64,000 nt of DNA from Octopus sinensis. Its lineage: Eukaryota. The DNA lies in the NCBI RefSeq assembly GCF_006345805.1, contig NC_043002.1:19530001-19594000 (forward strand). The letters are read 5' to 3'. Position numbers and translations under genes: made by a program. Position 1 is the stretch's first letter, and each line of letters opens with the position of its first letter. Shown here piece after piece: positions 51,758 to 59,900 of this stretch. Below the pieces are notes generated by a model. That model did no database searches. It saw only the letters and a list, made by a program, of their open reading frames with translations, and had not been told where the DNA came from.

Positions 51758-53901
51758 TAGTCAAACATTAATTTAAAGATTAATCTAATTAACTTAATTT
51801 GAAAAAGTTACATGTTTCAGCTACATAGCATAGCCTTGATCAGACAGTCTGTAGATGGTTACATAACTGAAACTTCCAAGCAGATGTCAACCTGACATGT
51901 GCCATCAGTAATTACTCAAGGTAGGCAGTTGGTGACATTTATGTTGTAAAACATACAAAAAATAAGTGAAACACAGTCACACGACTGAGTTGTAGGCAGA
52001 TTTACTTCTGCCTCTATAGCGCGTAAAGAAAACATTGTTGTAGGAATGTACGCAGCATGTGTACTACAGCGGTTCTACGCATAGCTTTAATACTGACATT
52101 GAAAGTTAGGGGCAAATTATGCCTGCCTAATCTAAAAACAAATAAAATATTTTGTATTTTATGCATAATAATCAGAGTAATCTTCATAATTTTATTGACT
52201 TAGGTGTATATTTTGCCATAAAAGGAAAATATTACTATCGATCTATTTTATTCAGGGTAGGCACTGCCTATCCAGGTGGCATGTCCTTGCTTATGGAAAT
52301 AGAATGTTGTGTGTGTGTGTGTGTGTGCCTGCCTATATGCTTTCATTGTCCTCAATTCTTATTGTTATTTATTTCAGATGGCAGTATATTATCTGCAGAC
52401 AAGTACTACAGTGTAAGTGGCACAGTAGTGCAGGGACGTCACCTAATGTTGCTAGAAGGAGATGTTTACTGTAAAGTCAGGTTGCAAACGTATGTATTTT
52501 TATTTCTACGTAATTTAGACATTACCTATCTATGTGTCTCTCACTTGCTTTCTATCTCTTGAGTAAAATCATAATTAACTGACCCTCTTGTATGTTCTTT
52601 TACTCAAAGCCAGGAACTTTTCAGCATGTAATCGTGTACCATTTTTGGCATCCTTGTTTTCGTATACATTCGCTTGCTTTCTTCCAAAGAATCTAGTGCT
52701 CTTAGCTTAGATTTTTTTGGGGCCGGTCAGATTGGAGCAGTCTCAAATGTAACCAGCCAAAACTGTAACGATGATCTGGAACTTGGCTGATGATTGAAAG
52801 CTCTGAATGACCCATCGTTGTTTTTTTACCTGTCCTTTTTTGTATCGTCTAACTGTCCGGATGTTTTGTTGTCACCTGTTACGTTCTTGTTCCATTTTTT
52901 GTTTTGTTTTTTTATATATACATATAGCGGCATGCATACACATTTGGTCACCTGTGGGTGAGTATATATATAAATATATATATCTAAATTTTGTATGATC
53001 CTTTTCTCTTTCTTTTAGCCCCCCCTTCACACTTTCTTTATTCTTTCCACTTTCCCATTGAAACTTGACCACTGATGGTTTTGATTTCTTCTGCACAGTC
53101 CATCAGAAATCCTGTCTGCTAATGCCATTGCCCAATAGTGGCACACTGCAAAATGCAGACAGTTTGGGAAGAGCCAGTAACAGCTAGGTGACAGGTGCAA
53201 AAAGTGGCAGACAAGCTGTTGTGAAAAGCAATTGGTCAAACTCTACAAAAAGTACTATTCCTTCCTGACATCCCATATCTCATAAGCTAGTACTGTACCA
53301 AAGTTAGAAATATGTATTGCAGTATGTAGTTAAGGTGGCAAGCTGGTAGAAATGTTAGCTTCTGGGCGAAATGCTTAGCAGTATTTCGTCTGTCTTTATG
53401 TTCTGAGTTCAAATTCCACCAAGGTCGACTTTGCTTTTCATCCTTTTGGGGTCGATAAATTAAGTACCAGTTGCGTACTAGGGTCTATCTAATCAACTGG
53501 CCCCCTCCCTCAAAAATTCCAGGCCTTGTGTCTAGAGTAGAAAAGAAGTATGCAGTTATACTCCTTTATGTTCTGAGTTCAAATTTTGCTGGAATCTACT
53601 TTGTATTTCATCCTACCCAGTTAGGTAGGGGATAAAATATGTACCAGTCAAATATTGCTGTTGATTTGATTATGCCCTTTCTTCAATGTGCTACTGTAAG
53701 AAACCATTATCATTATCATCATGAGTAATTTCTTGTACACTTCTATTCTCTGCAGGAACCATCTCTCAAATGCGCGAACTAAATTACGATCAAGCGGGAG
53801 GATTCTTGGCCGTTCCACCACTGTTAAAGCCCAGCTTGAACCTCAGTTCAACTTGAACTTTGAAGTAAGTCTGATATTTTGTTTTGTTATTATTATTATT
53901 A

Positions 53902-53934
<33 letters not shown>

Positions 53935-56900
53935 GGCACGTAAAAGCACCATCCGTTCGTGTCCGTTGCTAGCCTCGCCTGGCCCCCATGCCGGTGGCAC
54001 GTAAAAGCACCATCCGCTCGTGGCCGTTTGCCAGCTCCGTCTGGCACCTCTGCGGGTGGCAAGTAAAAAGCACCCACTACACTCACGGAGTGGTTGGCGT
54101 TAGGAAGGGCATCCAGCTGTAGAAACACTGCCAGATCAGACTGGGCCTGATGCAGCCTTCCGGCTTCACAGACCCCAGTTGAACCGTCCAACCCATGCTA
54201 GCATGGAAAACGGACGCTAAATGATGATGATGATGATGATGATATAACTTGATAAGGTGGCGAGCCAACAGAATTCTTAGGATACCAGACAAAATGCTTA
54301 GTAGTTTTCCAGTCTTTACATTCTGAGTTCAAATTCTGTTGAAGTCAGCTTTACCCTTCATTTTTTGGGGGTCCACAAAATAAGTACCAATTGCATACTG
54401 GGGTCAATGTTATTGACTACCCCTTCCTTAATATTCCAGGCCTTGTGCATACAGCACTGATCAAATAGACCTGTGAACAAAAGCATTCTGATCATGTACA
54501 ACTCATCTTTGTTTACTAAACTTTGTGTATCTAGAATTATATAATTCAATATATTCTTCCTTTCTTAAGATGACAGATCATGGTTTAGGGGAAATTTGAC
54601 TACTATTTCTAGCAGATCAAGAAACCATGTAAAGGCCTCCATGTTAGTGACTATGGACACCCTTATTATTATAATGGTTGTCTTTACTACACTAAGTAAT
54701 ATCAACTGACAATCCACCTATTTTGCCAGTCATCAGATCAGTAATAATTTGTTATATTAAAGTGCTAATGACAGATTCCTGTGATATAAGCAATCTTGTC
54801 ATACTGTGTAAAGAGAATAGTAAAAGTGGGCGTGTATGCTATAGCAAGAGAGAGAAAGGCAACAGACAGACAGATTCCAACAAACACTACTTGCCCATAC
54901 ACTCACATAAATACAAATGTTATTTGGTATTCACACACACACACTGTTACACATTGATATCTATGTGTATATGTAGGTTAAAGACTCCGCCGGTTACGAC
55001 GACGAGGGTCCCAGCTGATACGATCAACGGAACAGCTTGCTCGTGAAATTAACGTGCAAATGGCTGAGCATTCCACAGACACGTGTACCCTTAACGTAGT
55101 TCTCGGGGATAATCAGCGTGACACAGAGAGTGACAAGGCTGACCCTTTGAAATACAAGTACAACTCATTTTTGCCAGCTGAGTGGACTGGAGCAACGTGA
55201 AATAAAGTGTCTTGCTCAAGGACACAACGCGTCGCCGGGAATCGAACTCACAACCTTACGATCATGAGCCGAATGCCCTAACCACTAAGCCACGCGCCCT
55301 CACAAATGTAGGTATACATGTGTAGAATACATCCCCACTTTTGGCACTATTTTGTTAGTAAACAGTACGAACTGTGTCTAAAGTATATATGTATTACTAC
55401 GCCGAATGTTGACAGTTCGTGTAACATGTAAAGCAAATAAACACGTAAACAATAACAATGCCTTCATTTGAGTTGTCTATCACCCATCGAGAACGAAACT
55501 ACACATAACACACACATACACACACTCATGGCTATTTAATACTTTGTAGTTGTTTCCAATCAAACCATGAAATATCTTTTTTCTATTATAGGCACAAGGC
55601 TTGGAATTTTGTGGGAGTGGGCTAGTTAAATACATCAACACCATGCTCCATTAGTATTTATTTAATCAAGACACTGGTAAAATTTGAACGCTGAATGTAA
55701 AGAGCTGGAAGAAATGCAGCTGAGCATTTTCTCTGAGACACTGACAATTCTGCCAGTTCATTGTTCTAATAACAATTATAATAACAGCAACTATTTCAAC
55801 CAATCATCATCATCATCTTCATCATCAGTTAAACAGGTCTTCAGTACAATTTCTATAAAATTTTCTAACATTTTGCCCTTTTGCCCTTTCTAACATTCTG
55901 CGCAGAAGTGGCTGTGTGGTAAGTAGCTTGCTTACCAACCACATGGTTCCGAGTTCAGTCCCACTGCGTGGCACCTTGGGCAAGTGTCTTCTACTATAGC
56001 CTCAGGCCGACCAAAGCCTTGTGAGTGGATTTGGTTGACGGAAACTGAAAGAAGTCCATCGTATATATGTATATATATATATATGTACATGTGTGTATGT
56101 GTTTGTGTATCTATATTTGCCCCCCTCATCATCGCTTGACAACCGATGCTGGTGTGTTTACGTCTCCGTCACTTAGCAGTTCGGCAAAAGAGACCAAAAG
56201 AATAAGTACTAGGCTTACAAAGAATAAGTCCTGAAGTCGATTTGCTCGACTAAAGACAGTGCTCCAGCATGGCCACAGTCAAATGACTGAAACAAGTAAA
56301 AGAATAAAGAGAGAGAGTCTACCTCTACTACTTGTACCTCCACCATTAGCACACATCATTTATTTACACCTCACACACATCATCATCATCAGCTTTTTAA
56401 GTGCTATCCAAACATAAATCCTCTCTGTGATGTACAATATTAGCTGATTATCTCTAATGCCATTAAACATAACATACCAACATACCTTCTGTGGGGGGTT
56501 TTTTTTTTTGTTTCTTTTACTAAAATCTCTGTTAAAACCTCGAACTATAAACTAACAAGATTAAATTGATGAAACCTTGTTTATTTAAGACAGCTCAATG
56601 CCAAAAATTTTCTTGTAAAAAAACTTATATTGATTTATCTTAAACATTACCAAGCCATTACAAATAATATTAAGGTATTAGCAGTAAGGAAAAACATTAT
56701 ATGAAGCATGTGTTCTTAATCTTCTTTTATAGTTCTGTTTATATTTTAGCTACAACTAGCAGTATCGCCCGGCGTTGCTCGGGTTTGTAAGGGAAATAAC
56801 TATATAAGCATTTTTAGAGATGTAAAGTATAATAGCCATCTCAATATGGCTAACCACAAAGGGGGTGTTACTGTAGCTTTTTACGTTCTGAGATTTCATA

Positions 56901-59900
56901 ATAAATTTTTAGAGAGTTACTTCCCTTATATATGCCAAAAATGCATTAAAAATGGGGAAAATTGATGGTAAATTTTTTTTAAAATCGTAGACTCATCGTA
57001 GAAGCACGCTAATACCCAGAAGGGCTCGATATGAATCACGACTATAAGATACCCGGTTTTGGTTAAACTGCACCGCAAAATATGGGAGTAGTTAGGAATC
57101 TAAATCGTAGGAGACAGACAGCACACAACCTCTCTTTTATATATAAAGATATCAGCATCATTCATCATCAACATCCACTTTTCCATGCTTGCATTGGTCA
57201 GGTAGAATTTTGGTAAGGTAGATTTTTTTGGTTGGAGATCCTTCCTGATGCCAAGCATGACCAGCTGGTTGAAAACAAACTCCATCATTTGTGTGACAGT
57301 GATGCCCATTTACAATCATCACATGATGTCAAAACAAAGATACACATATGCAATAGGCTTCTTTCAGTTTCCATCTACCAAATCCACATACAAGGCTACT
57401 GTGGAAAACCCCTACCCAAGGAGCCGCACAGGAGAGTGAACCTAAGACACATAGTTGGGAAGCAAGCTCCTCAACCACGCAGAGTCATGTCTCCTTGTCT
57501 GGGCTTCACATTATAGGAATATAAATGAATTTCAGTGCATGACTGGTATTTTATTGATCCCAGAATGATAGAATGCAAAATTAATCTTTGTTGAATTTGA
57601 ACTTGAAACATTAAAAGCTGTAGGTGAAAGACATTTAGAATTAAAATAATCTCAACATCTTGTTTAACGATTTGTTTCAATTTAATATAGGTTTTCTTTT
57701 TTCAATAATTTTTTTATAATTAATTATTTTTCATCATCATCATCATTATTATTAAATAGATTAGGTTTTTTTAGGCCTATTTCTGTATTGTTTTCTGTTT
57801 ATTTTATTTTTTTCTTATGGATTCAATCAGCAGTCTGCCATTATAATGTCCCTTTAGTCTGGTCACCTTAGTCTATTTTTCCTTCTTCAGGTTGACCGAG
57901 GAGCTGGTGTCTCTGCAGAAGCATTGCTTGTTTTTGATATGAAGAAAGCAACCAAAGAACATCTGGCTTCAAAAGCTTTCACTATACGAGAATTATTGGG
58001 AGGTGAGTTGATAAATGTTACTTTAAATTGGTGTGAGAAGCATAAGAAGTGGGTAAAGAACCCCTGAGAGATTAGTTAACCCTGTACATATTCTTCTCTA
58101 CTTAAAAATGATAATAATGAACTTAGGTGCACTACAACTCATGTTTGTTGCGTACATTAATGACATTGATGCCAACTTAAAGAATGCCACAGGACTGAAA
58201 TATGCAGATGACATCAAACTGTACCTTGAGATAAAAAGGACAGATCCTGAACACTATAGAGCTTTCCTGCAATAAAACCTGGACGCAATGCAACAATGGG
58301 TCACGGACTGGCAACTCAAGCTGGCTGTGGACAAGTGTACCACCATGCATTTTGGAAGGAAATCTCCAGCATCCACATACTCTTTCCACAATACTAATAT
58401 CAATCAGTCTTCTTGTGAGCATGATCTGGGCATTACTGTCAGCAGCAATTTGTGCTGGACAAAGCACATCTCTAAAATTGTCAAGAAGGCCAAGAGTGTC
58501 TCAGCATCACTCAGCCAGACCTTTTTCAGCCGCTCTCCAGCTATCAATTTGAGGCTGTATATGGCTATGGTGCAGCCACACTTGGAATTTTGCATCATCA
58601 GTCTGGAACCCCTATCTTACTCAGGAAACATATTTTCACACTCAGAGTTTCTGAAGCATGGAACAAACTACCTGCATCAGTTGTTAGCTGCCGAGACATT
58701 GTATCCTTTGAAACCTCCATACTTTCTGAAATTTGCCAACACTACACCTGATATCCCCACCTCCATATGCATGCACACAGGTATATCATGACTCATACAC
58801 TGTTCATTTTCCTGACTTTTTTACATAATTCTATGTACTATACATGCACCTTTGATGAGTTGTAGTGCACCTGAGCACTACAGACAATAATTTCATTATT
58901 ATTATTTTAGAAAAAGTAACTAAAATTGCACGAACAGTACATAGAATAAGCACAGGAAGTGAACAGTGAAAAAATCTTTAAAAAAAAAAGAGAAGAAATT
59001 GGGGTGAGGGCATCAGGTGTACTGTTGGCAAATTTAAGCAGCTTGGAAGTTTTGAAAGACATACATACTATGCATATACCCTTTACTGTCCCACTTCTTT
59101 TTCTCAATTACTTTAATATATTTCTTGCTGGTATGAGTGCATATTCTCAGAGAAGTATAGTTTTAATACCTGGTTGGAGCTATTTCACTCTGCTCATATA
59201 ACATTAATGCTCTTGAATGACTTGAACATCAAAACCTTTCAGAATTTATTTTCTGAAAGTGGATCTGTGTCAGTGATCAACTTGCAATGGGTGCAACAAA
59301 AGTGAGGATACCAAATAATAAATATTGAAGTGAAGTTAAGTTTTTGATTATTTGGTAAGCTTTGTGAAAGTATTTAAAATTGAGGTAGTAATGGAGGCTG
59401 GGGCATTTAATTGGTGAATCTTTGTCATTCAATAATGAGGATTCAGTTTAACCAACTGAATTAAATGTGTAAGTGGCTGAGCATTCAACAGGCAGATGTT
59501 CATCCTTCTGGGGTAAAAAAAAAAGTAAATTACCAATTAAGTATTGGATTTAATCAACTACCCCTTGCCTCTAATTTTAGCCTTGTGTCTAAATTATATC
59601 CTTTCGGGGTCGATAAAATAAGTACCAGTTGAACACTGGGGTCGATGTAATTGACTAGTCCCCTTCCACCAAATTTCAGGCCTTGTGCCTTTAGTAGAAA
59701 GGATTATTATTAGCAGTATAAATGGCTGCACTTGTGGCAAAATTTGAAACCATTATTATTATTATTATTATTAGCAGTATTTTGTCCATCTTCACGTTAT
59801 GAGTTCAAATTCCACCAAGGTCAGCTTTGCCTTTCATCCTTTTGGGGTTGATAAAATAAGTACCTGAGGTCAGTGTAGTTGACTTGCCCTCCCCCACAAA

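Noticed and set aside
52413-52418. Internal GTAAGT in exon 52378-52489
   Set aside because: Use would frameshift and cut the C2 strand motif; treated as cryptic.
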